Below, piece after piece: positions 9,440-18,797 of a stretch of 64,000 nt of DNA. How positions within the stretch are numbered: the stretch's first letter is position 1; each line of letters opens with the position of its first letter. The notes beneath the pieces were generated by a model. The model was not told where the DNA came from and made no database searches. It saw only the letters and a list, made by a program, of their open reading frames with translations. Both the position numbers and the translations under genes were made by a program. Source of the stretch: an uncultured Prevotella sp. (lineage in GTDB: Bacteria > Bacteroidota > Bacteroidia > Bacteroidales > Bacteroidaceae); assembly GCA_900315835.1 (NCBI GenBank), contig ONAR01000028.1, forward strand, positions 27,289-91,288, given 5' to 3'.

Positions 9440-10582
9440 CTAATAGGCGTCGCCTTCTTTAATCTCTTTCTGCGTCAGTTTGCTACGGTCTATCTGACGC
9501 CACGCGTACCAGATATAGGCCAAGACAAACGGCACCAACAGCGAGACGTAGAACATCACCTGCAGGGTGAACTGGCTACTGCAGCTGTTGACGATGGTCA
9601 GTGAGCTCTGCAGGTCAACATTCGATGGATAGTAAGCCGTATTGTTCCAACCTGCAATGAGGAAAAGCACCAGTACCACCATCACAACACCAATGCCCGT
9701 TGGCCAGATGCCCTTGATATAGTCTTGGCTCAACACCGTACGGCCAACGCCATAAAGCACGAGCACCACACCGATAAGGAAGACCACCAACAACGGCCAC
9801 ATTTGGATGAGGTTGTGCAGATACTTGTATGGCTCCATCGCGATGACGCCCGTTGCCGGGTCATAGGCAAAGCCGTCTTTGAGCAGCACATGAGCCAAGA
9901 AGGCCAGGAAGAGCACCAGGAAGATTACTGCGTTGATAAGGGTCTGCTTGCGTCCGCGGGCTCGAATGGCAGCGTCGTCCACATTATTAATAATGTAAAG
10001 CGTACCGAGCACGCGCGCCAGGAAGAAGACGGCAAGACCGAAGACCACATTCCAGAGGTCGAGCAAGGCATCGAGACCGCAGCTGGCATTGGCCCAGCGG
10101 CTAATTACTGGCTGAAAGCTGTCGATGATATTGTTCTTGGCAATAAGGAAGTTGCTGCCGTCGAAGAAGGTGGCTACGGCTCCGCCCAAGAGCACGGGCC
10201 CCACAATGCCATTAATGACGAGGCACACTTGGAAGGTCTTCGGGCCAAGGAAGTTGCCTATCTTGTTTTGGAATTCATAGCTCACGGCTTGGATAACGAA
10301 CGAGAAGAGAATGAGCATCCACAGCCAGTAAGCCCCGCCGAAGCTGGTGCTATAGAATAAGGGGAACGAAGCGAAGAAGGCTCCGCCAAAGGTCACCAGC
10401 GTGGTAAAGGTGAATTCCCACTTGCGACCTGTGGAATTGATGAGCAGACGCCGGCTGTCCTTGTCGGTTCCCAGCTGGAAAATCATAGAGTTGGCTCCCT
10501 GGACGAAGAGCAGGAACACCAGCAACGCTCCAAGAAGCGAGATGATGAACCACCAATATTGTTGCAGAAAACTATAAGTCAT
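9440..10582 (-). CDS. cydB: cytochrome bd ubiquinol oxidase subunit II
   Basis: 380-aa polytopic membrane protein (MTYSFLQQYWWFIISLLGALLVFLLF...) immediately downstream of cydA. Confidence 0.9.
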   Translation of the reverse strand: MTYSFLQQYWWFIISLLGALLVFLLFVQGANSMIFQLGTDKDSRRLLINSTGRKWEFTFTTLVTFGGAFFASFPLFYSTSFGGAYWLWMLILFSFVIQAVSYEFQNKIGNFLGPKTFQVCLVINGIVGPVLLGGAVATFFDGSNFLIAKNNIIDSFQPVISRWANASCGLDALLDLWNVVFGLAVFFLARVLGTLYIINNVDDAAIRARGRKQTLINAVIFLVLFLAFLAHVLLKDGFAYDPATGVIAMEPYKYLHNLIQMWPLLVVFLIGVVLVLYGVGRTVLSQDYIKGIWPTGIGVVMVVLVLFLIAGWNNTAYYPSNVDLQSSLTIVNSCSSQFTLQVMFYVSLLVPFVLAYIWYAWRQIDRSKLTQKEIKEGDAY

Positions 10583-10642
10583 AATGTCTGATCTTTAAAT
10601 TTAGATTACTTCGTTTGCGTCAAGAGTGCTGATGGTCTCAGG

Positions 10643-12214
10643 CTATTCAGCTTGGGGAGCTACATCCTCGCTGTGCTCGGGGCCCTTCTTGATTTGCTTG
10701 CAGAGGATGCTTATCTCCACGGCCAGCATGGTAGTGAAGAGCACGAGGAAGATAATGAAAGTGGTGACCACGGCTCCCGACTGCAGGTCGGAGACAGCGG
10801 CCCAGGTAGGCAGCATATCCTGGATAGTCCACGGCTGGCGGCCCATCTCGGCTACAATCCATCCTGCCTCGCTGGCCACATAAACCAGCGGAATGAGGCA
10901 GAGGGCAGCAATGTGAAGCCAGCGCATGCGTGAAATATCCTTCTTGTAGGAGATGAAGATCATCACGAGGAAATAAAGCATGAAGAGTGCACCCAGTCCC
11001 ACCATGATGCGGAACGCCCAGAAGCAGATGTTGATGGGCGGCACCAGGTCGTGGAGATTCTCCACATAGCCGTAACCGAAGTAAGGCATGTTTTTCTTCA
11101 CATACTCGAGTTGTACGTCAGCATTCTTACCCGCAGCCTTGGCCTTACGATAGGCGTAGAGGTTTGTCTGAGCGGCTTTGCCTTTAATAACCTTCTCTGC
11201 ATACGAGGGCACCTTGGTACCGTCAGGGAGGGTGTAGCCATTAAGCAGGTCGTTGACTCCCGGCACAAATCCGTGAATGTCGTGGGTGGCGAGGAAAGAC
11301 AAGCCATAGGGCATGGCAATTCGGAAGGGAGGCTCCTTATCGTTGGTATAGTCGGGCTGGCTGAAGGGATTGACCCAAGCCACACCCGTGAGGCTCTGGT
11401 CGGTGCCGCCATTATAGAGCGCCTCCATGGCAGCCAGCTTCATGGGCTGCGTCTTCGAGACCATGTAAGCTGAGTTGTCGCCCGTCAGGAAGGCCAGCAC
11501 GGCTGCCACCAAACCGACGATGCTGCCGATTTTAATGCTCTCTTTGGCCAGCCGCTGCTCACGTTTCTTCAGCAGATACCAGCAGCTCACGCCAAGGCAG
11601 AACACTGCACCGACCAGCCACGACGACGTGACCGTGTGGCAGAACTTGTCAACGGCAAAGGGTGAGAGGGCCACATCGGCAAACGACGTCATCTCATTGC
11701 GCATGGTGTCAGCGTTGAATTCGCAGCCCACGGGGTATTGCATCCAAGCGTTGGCCACCAGAATCCACCAAGCCGAGATGGTGGCGCCAAGGCCGGTGAG
11801 CCAAGTGGAGGCCAGATGGAATCCGGGCGAGACCTTCTTCCAACCGAAGAACATCACGGCCACAAAGGTGCTCTCCATGAAGAAGGCCACAATGCCCTCA
11901 ATGGCCAGGGGCGCACCAAAGATGTCGCCCACAAACCAGGAGTAATTGCTCCAGTTGGTGCCGAACTCAAATTCCAAGATGATGCCAGTGGCCACACCCA
12001 TGGCGAAGTTGACGCCAAACAGGCGCTGCCAGAAGCGGGCCGCATCTTTCCAGAAGGGTTTACGCGTGCGGTAATAGCACGTCTCGACAATGCCCATGAT
12101 GACCGCCAGACCCAACGTGAGGGGCACAAAGAGCCAGTGATAGATGGCTGTCAGGGCAAACTGCGCACGCGACCAGTCGATGGTCGACGCAGAGATAGTC
12201 AGGAGTTCATTCAT
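10643..12214 (-). CDS. cydA: cytochrome bd ubiquinol oxidase subunit I
   Basis: Conserved CydA N-terminus (LSRAQFALTAIYHWLFVPLTLG), a Q-loop region, and GRQPW near the C-terminus. Confidence 0.95.
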   Translation of the reverse strand: MNELLTISASTIDWSRAQFALTAIYHWLFVPLTLGLAVIMGIVETCYYRTRKPFWKDAARFWQRLFGVNFAMGVATGIILEFEFGTNWSNYSWFVGDIFGAPLAIEGIVAFFMESTFVAVMFFGWKKVSPGFHLASTWLTGLGATISAWWILVANAWMQYPVGCEFNADTMRNEMTSFADVALSPFAVDKFCHTVTSSWLVGAVFCLGVSCWYLLKKREQRLAKESIKIGSIVGLVAAVLAFLTGDNSAYMVSKTQPMKLAAMEALYNGGTDQSLTGVAWVNPFSQPDYTNDKEPPFRIAMPYGLSFLATHDIHGFVPGVNDLLNGYTLPDGTKVPSYAEKVIKGKAAQTNLYAYRKAKAAGKNADVQLEYVKKNMPYFGYGYVENLHDLVPPINICFWAFRIMVGLGALFMLYFLVMIFISYKKDISRMRWLHIAALCLIPLVYVASEAGWIVAEMGRQPWTIQDMLPTWAAVSDLQSGAVVTTFIIFLVLFTTMLAVEISILCKQIKKGPEHSEDVAPQAE

Positions 12215-12268
12215 ATTAATAATGTGATTGTTTTGGTAATGATATCAACAGTTTATGTCTCTTATACC

Positions 12269-12490
12269 TCAAGGCACCCGATGCAGCACCTGCTCAGATA
12301 CGAACTCGCTCTCGCTGCCCTTCTTGCTGTGTGTCTTGATGTAGTCGGGGAAAAAGAACAACTTGAGCACAAGGAAGATAATCGCCAGCTTGATCAGTAT
12401 GACCGTCCACAATGTCTTGCCAAGGGTCATCTGACGGAAGCCGTCGTAATAGAGGTGGAAAGCGCGGTTAATAAAGCTGTGCTTCTTCAT
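12269..12490 (-). CDS. small membrane protein upstream of cydAB (DUF4492-like)
   Basis: 73 aa with one TM segment (LWTVILIKLAIIFLVLKLFFF). This is the conserved position ahead of cydA in Bacteroidota. Confidence 0.7.
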   Translation of the reverse strand: MKKHSFINRAFHLYYDGFRQMTLGKTLWTVILIKLAIIFLVLKLFFFPDYIKTHSKKGSESEFVSEQVLHRVP

Positions 12491-12521
12491 CGGTTTGCGT
12501 TTTAGTTTATATGTCTTGGTG

Positions 12522-12529
12522 CAAAGTTA
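12522..12529 (-). promoter_or_regulatory. -7 promoter box (TAACTTTG) for the DUF4492-cydAB operon
   Basis: caaagtta on the + strand, 32 nt upstream of the ATG at 12490. Confidence 0.5.
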
Positions 12530-12573
12530 AGAAATTATTTCACTTATCATAGTAATTAAGCAAGATTTTTTTG

Positions 12574-12581
12574 TAATTTTG
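12574..12581 (+). promoter_or_regulatory. -7 promoter box (TAATTTTG) for rsmG
   Basis: Consensus TAnnTTTG, 23 nt upstream of the ATG at 12604. Confidence 0.5.
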
Positions 12582-12603
12582 CCAAATATTAGATATAAAG
12601 CCG

Positions 12604-13224
12604 ATGCAAATCATATCAAAGTATTTCCCCGACCTCACGGCCGTGCAGCAAAAACAGATTGACGCCCTCGACGCTCTTTACCGCGACTGGAACAGCAAAA
12701 TCAACGTGATTTCGCGCAAGGACATTGACAATCTCTACGAGCATCATGTGTTGCACTCGCTCGCTATCGCCAAGCTCATTCATTTCCGTCCAGGCACCCG
12801 CATTCTCGACTTCGGCACTGGCGGCGGCTTCCCCGGCATTCCCCTGGCCATCCTCTTCCCCGAATGCCAGTTCCGCCTCATCGACGGCACTGGGAAGAAG
12901 ATCAATGTAGTCAACGAGGTGGCCAAGGCCATCGGACTGACCAATGTTGAGGCGCTCCACCTGCGTGGCGAGGATGAGAAAGGACTCTACGACTTCGTCG
13001 TCTCGCGCGCTGTCATGCCGCTGACCGACATGGTGAAAATCGTCCGCAAGAACATCGGCAAGCAACAGCGCAATGCGCTGCCCAACGGCATCATCACGCT
13101 GAAAGGCGGCAATCTTGACGCCGAGACCAAGCCTTTCCACAAGATTATCGACATCACACCGGTGTCCAACTATTTTGATGAGGAATGGTTTAAGGATAAA
13201 TCCATCCTCTACCTGCCGCTGTAA
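12604..13224 (+). CDS. rsmG: 16S rRNA (guanine527-N7)-methyltransferase
   Basis: SAM-binding motif ILDFGTGGGFPGIPLAI. 206 aa, GidB-like. Confidence 0.9.
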   Translation: MQIISKYFPDLTAVQQKQIDALDALYRDWNSKINVISRKDIDNLYEHHVLHSLAIAKLIHFRPGTRILDFGTGGGFPGIPLAILFPECQFRLIDGTGKKINVVNEVAKAIGLTNVEALHLRGEDEKGLYDFVVSRAVMPLTDMVKIVRKNIGKQQRNALPNGIITLKGGNLDAETKPFHKIIDITPVSNYFDEEWFKDKSILYLPL

Positions 13225-13250
13225 TCACTGTTTATTTAATTGGAAAAGCA

Positions 13251-13895
13251 ATGGAAATAAAGCGTTTTGTCTGCAATATGATCCGCGAGAACACCTACGT
13301 GGTGAGCGACGACACCCGCGAGGCCGTCATCATCGACTGCGGTGCCTACTACGAGGAAGAGCGCAAGGCCATCAAACAATACATCGACGACAATAAGTTG
13401 CAACCCAAGCACCTCATCGCCACCCACGGTCACGTCGACCATCACCTTGGCGACCGGTTCGTCTACGATACCTGGGGACTGAAGCCTGAGGTGGGCGAGG
13501 CCGACGAGGACTTCATGAACCGGTTGCCCGAGCAGGCGCGACAGTTGTTCGAAATGGAGCTGTCCGACGACGATTTCGCTCCCGTAGGCCGCTACCTCAT
13601 GCCCGCCGACACTATCTCTTTTGGCCACACCACATTCAAGATTATCGAGACGCCGGGACACTCGCCAGGCGGTCTTTGCTTCTACAGTGAGGCCGACAAG
13701 ACGCTGTTCACGGGCGATACGCTTTTCCGCGGCAGCATCGGGCGCTCCGATTTCGACGGCGGCTCAATGTTCCTCATCATCCAGAGCCTGCGCGTGCTCT
13801 CGCAGTTGCCCGACGACACCATCGTATTGCCCGGCCACGGCGAGCGCACCACCATCGGCTATGAGGTGGCCACCAATCCTTACCTTGACCGTTGA
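13251..13895 (+). CDS. MBL-fold metallo-hydrolase (glyoxalase II-like)
   Basis: HxHxDH motif (THGHVDHH) and a downstream TPGHSPGG. Confidence 0.85.
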   Translation: MEIKRFVCNMIRENTYVVSDDTREAVIIDCGAYYEEERKAIKQYIDDNKLQPKHLIATHGHVDHHLGDRFVYDTWGLKPEVGEADEDFMNRLPEQARQLFEMELSDDDFAPVGRYLMPADTISFGHTTFKIIETPGHSPGGLCFYSEADKTLFTGDTLFRGSIGRSDFDGGSMFLIIQSLRVLSQLPDDTIVLPGHGERTTIGYEVATNPYLDR

Positions 13896-13905
13896 CGCTG
13901 AGCGC

Positions 13906-14469
13906 ATGGAGACTGAACGCATCATTCTCGGCATCGACCCCGGCACCAACGTCATGGGCTACGGCATTCTCAGCGTCAAAGGCAACAAGGCGCAGATGAT
14001 GGCGATGGGCGTCATCGACCTGCGGCCGCTTCACGACCCTTACCTGAAGCTCGGCCGCATCTTCGAGCGCGTTACGGGCATCATCGACGAGTTCCTGCCC
14101 GACGAGATGGCCATCGAGGCGCCATTCTTCGGCAAGAACGTACAGTCGATGCTGAAGCTCGGTCGGGCACAGGGCGTAGCCATCGCCGCGGCCATCCACC
14201 ACGACATCCCCATCCACGAATACGCACCATTGAAAATCAAGATGGCCATCACCGGTCAGGGGCAGGCCTCGAAAGAGCAGGTCGCCGCCATGCTGCAGCG
14301 TCTGCTCCACATCGATAAGGCCGACATGCCGAAGTTCATGGACGCCACCGATGCCCTCGGCGCGGCTTACTGCCACTTCCTTCAGCTCTCGCGCCCCGAT
14401 ACTGGCGCTCAGCATTATGGCTCGTGGAAAGACTTTGTCAAAAGAAACAGCAACAGGATAAGCAAATAG
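13906..14469 (+). CDS. ruvC: crossover junction endodeoxyribonuclease RuvC
   Basis: [16 protein letters not shown] catalytic Asp motif. The track ORF (13621) is an upstream in-frame extension overlapping the previous gene, so I took the ATG at 13906 ([13 protein letters not shown]). Confidence 0.9.
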   Translation: METERIILGIDPGTNVMGYGILSVKGNKAQMMAMGVIDLRPLHDPYLKLGRIFERVTGIIDEFLPDEMAIEAPFFGKNVQSMLKLGRAQGVAIAAAIHHDIPIHEYAPLKIKMAITGQGQASKEQVAAMLQRLLHIDKADMPKFMDATDALGAAYCHFLQLSRPDTGAQHYGSWKDFVKRNSNRISK

Positions 14470-14472
14470 ACT

Positions 14473-15966
14473 ATGCAGAAAATCATCAATATCGTCGAGG
14501 GCGTCGTACGCATGCCCGCTTGGCGCATGGCTGAACCCGTCAACTTCACAACGCTCGACGGCGAGCAGATTGCTATCTTAGGCCCCAACGGAGGCGGCAA
14601 GACGATGCTCGCCGACATCATCGTGGGCCGACACCCACTGCTCCTCCACGACCCGGAATACGACTTCTCGCCGAGCAAAAAGACCATGGTGGCCGACAAC
14701 ATCAAATACATCACCTTCCGCGATGCCTACGGCGGTGACAACGACCGCACCTATTACCTGCAACAGCGATGGAACCAGATGGAGATTGACGAGAACACGC
14801 CCACCGTCGGCAAGAAGCTGCAGGAAGCCTACGACCTGGCCCTCAAGACTGAGGGCGTCGAGGCTGACCAGTTGACGCAGCAGCGCGACCACCTCTACAG
14901 TCTCTTCCACATGCAGCCGTTGCTCGATAAGCCCATCATCCTGCTTTCAAGCGGAGAGCTGCGCAAGCTCAAGCTCACGGAAACGCTGCTCACGCAGCCC
15001 CGCGTATTGATTATGGACAATCCGTTTATCGGCCTCGATGCCGATACGCGGCAGCAGTTGCGCGACCTCTTGGGCAGCATCGCCAAGGAAGGCCGTCTGC
15101 AGATCATTCTCATTCTTTCGAAGACCGACGACATTCCGCCCTTCATCACCCACGTGGTTGAGGTGGACCACATGATTGTCCGCCCGAAGAAGACGCTGGC
15201 TGAGTTTGAGGCCAGCCGTCCTACCCTGCCCGACCACATGCTCAGTCAGACAATGCACGATGCCATCGTCGCCTTGCCCTACACCCATAAGGAATACCAC
15301 ACCCACGAAGTGGCCCGCCTCAACAAGGTCTGCATCCGTTACGGCGAGCGCACCATCCTCAAAGACCTCGACTGGGTGGTCTGCAACGGTGAGCGTTGGG
15401 CGCTGAGCGGGCAAAACGGCGCCGGCAAATCGACGCTGCTCAGCCTCATCTGCGCCGACAACCCGCAGAGCTATGCCTGCGACATCACGCTCTTCGACAT
15501 GCCCCGCGGTACCGGTGAGAGCATCTGGGATATCAAGCGCCACATCGGCTACGTCTCACCCGAGATGCACCGCGCCTACCAGCGCGACATCCCCGCCCTG
15601 CGCATCGTGGCCAGCGGTCTGAAGGACAGCGTGGGCCTCTACGTCAAACCCACCGATGAGGAACTCGAAGCCTGCCGCTTCTGGCTCGACGTCTTCGGAT
15701 TGAAAGACAAGGAGAACACCACCTTCCTCAAGCTGTCGAGTGGCGAACAGCGCCTCGTGTTGCTGGCGCGCGCCTTTGTCAAGGACCCCGAACTGATTAT
15801 CCTCGACGAGCCGCTGCATGGTCTTGACGACCGCAACCGTCGGCTGGTGAAAGACGTCATCAACGCCTTTGTCGAGCGCCACAACAAGACGCTCATCATG
15901 GTCACCCACTATGCCGAGGAGCTGCCCGCTTGCATCGACCACAAGCTGCGGCTCATCCGTCATTAA
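14473..15966 (+). CDS. ABC transporter ATP-binding protein, two fused ATPase domains (ModF-like)
   Basis: Two Walker A motifs (GPNGGGKT, GQNGAGKST) and two signature motifs (LSSGELRK, LSSGEQRL). No TM segments. Confidence 0.85.
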   Translation: MQKIINIVEGVVRMPAWRMAEPVNFTTLDGEQIAILGPNGGGKTMLADIIVGRHPLLLHDPEYDFSPSKKTMVADNIKYITFRDAYGGDNDRTYYLQQRWNQMEIDENTPTVGKKLQEAYDLALKTEGVEADQLTQQRDHLYSLFHMQPLLDKPIILLSSGELRKLKLTETLLTQPRVLIMDNPFIGLDADTRQQLRDLLGSIAKEGRLQIILILSKTDDIPPFITHVVEVDHMIVRPKKTLAEFEASRPTLPDHMLSQTMHDAIVALPYTHKEYHTHEVARLNKVCIRYGERTILKDLDWVVCNGERWALSGQNGAGKSTLLSLICADNPQSYACDITLFDMPRGTGESIWDIKRHIGYVSPEMHRAYQRDIPALRIVASGLKDSVGLYVKPTDEELEACRFWLDVFGLKDKENTTFLKLSSGEQRLVLLARAFVKDPELIILDEPLHGLDDRNRRLVKDVINAFVERHNKTLIMVTHYAEELPACIDHKLRLIRH

Positions 15967-15986
15967 CCATCCATCCCACCATACCC

Positions 15987-16074
15987 ATCCAACCCTATCA
16001 CCCCATCCACCCCATTCAACCCATTCCCCCATCCAACCCATTCACCCCATCCACCCCATTCAACCCATTCCCCC
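15987..16074 (+). repeat. 2 x 44-bp tandem repeat, C-rich and G-free
   Basis: atccaaccctatcaccccatccaccccattcaacccattccccc (15987-16030) is followed by atccaacccattcaccccatccaccccattcaacccattccccc (16031-16074), with 2 mismatches. The array ends at the ATG of the next gene. Confidence 0.9.
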
Positions 16075-17850
16075 ATGCGTCAGTTTAAACTTTTCCTCAT
16101 CGCGGCCGCGCTCTTGCTGCTCCCGCAAACCAACATTCTTGCAAAGACGCCGAAGCGGCAGAAGGCCAAAGCCACGATGGAGCTGCGCGTTGTCGAGACC
16201 AGCGACATGCACGGCAGCTTCTTCCCCTATGACTTTCTCAACCATCGGCCGAAGGCTGGCAGTACGGCTCGCGTCAGCAGCTATGTCAACGCCCTACGCC
16301 AGCAGTATGGTGACCGCCTGCTGCTCTTCGACAATGGCGACATCCTGCAAGGGCAGCCACTGAGTTATTTCTCCAACTTCATCGACACCACCGACGTCAA
16401 CATCGCCGCACAGGTGGTCAACTACCTGCGCTATGACGCACAAACCATTGGCAACCACGACATTGAGCCGGGCCATAAGGTTTACGACAAATGGATGAGC
16501 GAGGTGAAATGCCCCGTATTGGGCGCCAACATTATTGATACGAAGACCGGTCAACCCTACGCCAAGCCCTACGCCATTATTGAGCGCAACGGCGTCCGTA
16601 TCGCCGTTCTCGGCATGCTGACGCCCGCCATTCCCAACTGGCTGTCACCCGACATCTGGTCGGGACTGCGCTTCGACGACATGGTTGCCACGGCCCGGCG
16701 ATGGATGCCGGTGCTGCGCAATAAGGAGAAAGCCGACGTCGTTATCGGGCTGTTTCATTCGGGTAAGGAAGGCGGCATCACCACCGACACCTACATGGAG
16801 GATGCCTCAGAAGTAGTTGCCAGAGAGGTACCGGGCTTCGACCTCGTATTGTTCGGCCACGACCACACACGCCATAACGACACCGTTACCAACACCGCCG
16901 GCCATCAGGTGGTTTGCCTCGACCCCGCCAACAACGCCATGTCAGTAGCCGATGCCCGCATCTGCTTGTCCAAAGCCAATGGCAAATGGACCGTCGACAG
17001 CATCAGGGGAAGCATCAACAGCGTTGCCAACCTGCCCATCGACCAAGCCTATGAAGACCATTTCAAGGCTTATATAAATAAGGTGAACCGGTTCAACGAC
17101 GAGCCCATAGGCACCTTCAAGCATACCATACGCACAGCCGACTGCTATTTCGGCAATTCGGCCTTCAACGACCTCATCCTCAACCTCGAGCTGAGCATCA
17201 CCGGCGCCGACATCGCCTTCACTGCTCCCCTGCTCTTCAACGACAGCATCAAGGCCGGACCGGTGGCCATGAGCGACATGTTCAAACTTTATAAATACGA
17301 GAACATGCTCTACGTGATGCGTCTCACCGGCGAGGAGATACGCAAGCATCTCGAAATGAGCTACGACCTCTGGTTCAACACCATGACCGGCCCCGACGAC
17401 CACCTGCTTTTGCTCGACCGGCGCACCGGTGGCGACGCCCAGCGCATGGGCTTCAAGAATCTGTCGTTCAACTTCGACTCGGCGGCAGGCATCGACTACA
17501 CTGTCGACGTCACCAAGCCTAACGGTCAGAAGGTGACCATCCTCCGCATGAGCAACGGCCAGCCCTTCGAACCGAAACGCTGGTACCGCGTGGCCATCAA
17601 CAGCTACCGTGCCAACGGCGGTGGCGAACTGCTCACCCGAGGCGCCGGCATCCCCAAGGACAGCCTCGCCAGCCGCATCGTCTGGAAGTCAGACCGCGAC
17701 CAGCGCTACTACCTCATGCAGGAAATCAAACGGCAGAAGGTGCTCGACCCGCAACCCAACCACAACTGGAAGGTGATACCCGAGGACTGGACTGCGCCCG
17801 CCGCCAAACGCGACCGCGACCTGCTGTTCTCGCACCACACAACAAAATAG
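16075..17850 (+). CDS. bifunctional metallophosphatase / 5'-nucleotidase (UshA/CpdB-like), secreted
   Basis: Signal peptide. Calcineurin-like motifs ETSDMHG, NGDILQG, GNHD and GHDH, plus a C-terminal 5'-nucleotidase domain. Confidence 0.85.
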   Translation: MRQFKLFLIAAALLLLPQTNILAKTPKRQKAKATMELRVVETSDMHGSFFPYDFLNHRPKAGSTARVSSYVNALRQQYGDRLLLFDNGDILQGQPLSYFSNFIDTTDVNIAAQVVNYLRYDAQTIGNHDIEPGHKVYDKWMSEVKCPVLGANIIDTKTGQPYAKPYAIIERNGVRIAVLGMLTPAIPNWLSPDIWSGLRFDDMVATARRWMPVLRNKEKADVVIGLFHSGKEGGITTDTYMEDASEVVAREVPGFDLVLFGHDHTRHNDTVTNTAGHQVVCLDPANNAMSVADARICLSKANGKWTVDSIRGSINSVANLPIDQAYEDHFKAYINKVNRFNDEPIGTFKHTIRTADCYFGNSAFNDLILNLELSITGADIAFTAPLLFNDSIKAGPVAMSDMFKLYKYENMLYVMRLTGEEIRKHLEMSYDLWFNTMTGPDDHLLLLDRRTGGDAQRMGFKNLSFNFDSAAGIDYTVDVTKPNGQKVTILRMSNGQPFEPKRWYRVAINSYRANGGGELLTRGAGIPKDSLASRIVWKSDRDQRYYLMQEIKRQKVLDPQPNHNWKVIPEDWTAPAAKRDRDLLFSHHTTK

Positions 17851-17891
17851 ACGCCGCGAGCGCACAGACGCCACGTTAAAACATACGTGAT

Positions 17892-18719
17892 ATGGAAACG
17901 CAACTTACCTATTATTTCATCTTCAGCAAGACCGACCTGCTGTTGCAGCGACTGCCCGACGGCAGCCACACCGTGCCTTGCACCGCTGACATCCCTGTCA
18001 AGACCCATGCCTGGACGCATGTCATGAACATCACTCCGATGGATGACGGCACCCCCGTAAAAACCTTCAACATCGAGGATCCCCAGCATATCACCGTCAC
18101 CGACCAGGCCCTCAGCGAGGCCGGCTACGACTTCATCGGCTTGCGCGAGTCGTTCTATCATCTGCCGCTCGACCTCTATCTGAAGGCCGGCAAATGCCAG
18201 GAGTTGCTCTATTGGGACCACAACACGCAATTCTGCGGCGTATGTGGCGCACCCATGCGCATGGCCACCGACATTTCAAAGAAGTGCACCCAATGCGGTA
18301 AGGAGGTGTGGCCCCAGCTGGCCACCGCCATCATCGTTCTCATCCACAAAGGCGACGAGGTGCTGCTCGTTCACGCCCGCAACTTCAAGACCGACTTCTA
18401 CGGACTTGTAGCCGGATTTGTCGAGACCGGCGAGACCCTCGAACAAGCCGTGCGGCGCGAGGTGATGGAGGAGACCCAACTGACCATCAAGAACCTCACC
18501 TACTTCGGTTCGCAGCCCTGGCCCTACCCCTGCGGACTGATGGTCGGCTACATGGCCGAATACGAGTCGGGCGACATCCACCTGCAAAAGTCGGAGCTGT
18601 CGAAGGGCCGATGGTTCCGCTACGACAACCTGCCACGCATTCCGCAAAAGCTCAGCATTGCCCGCAAACTCATCGACAAATGGCTCGACGGCTACGGCAT
18701 TAAAAGCAATCAAGACTGA
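17892..18719 (+). CDS. nudC: NAD(+) diphosphatase (Nudix)
   Basis: Zinc ribbon CGVCGAPM...CTQCG followed by the Nudix box GFVETGETLEQAVRREVMEETQL. Confidence 0.85.
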   Translation: METQLTYYFIFSKTDLLLQRLPDGSHTVPCTADIPVKTHAWTHVMNITPMDDGTPVKTFNIEDPQHITVTDQALSEAGYDFIGLRESFYHLPLDLYLKAGKCQELLYWDHNTQFCGVCGAPMRMATDISKKCTQCGKEVWPQLATAIIVLIHKGDEVLLVHARNFKTDFYGLVAGFVETGETLEQAVRREVMEETQLTIKNLTYFGSQPWPYPCGLMVGYMAEYESGDIHLQKSELSKGRWFRYDNLPRIPQKLSIARKLIDKWLDGYGIKSNQD

Positions 18720-18769
18720 TAAAAAGCAAAAAATATTAACGTTGACTTTGGCATCAGCGTATAATGTTG

Positions 18770-18777
18770 TAACTTTG
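18770..18777 (+). promoter_or_regulatory. -7 promoter box (TAACTTTG)
   Basis: 21 nt upstream of the ATG at 18798. Confidence 0.5.
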
Positions 18778-18797
18778 CAGTATATTTCAGCGATAGT

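Noticed and set aside
15869-16363. His/Pro-rich track ORF (and the antisense W/G-rich ORF 15556..16041) across the C-rich tandem repeat
   Set aside because: These are translations of low-complexity repeat DNA that overlap well-supported genes on either side. They are not credible coding sequences.
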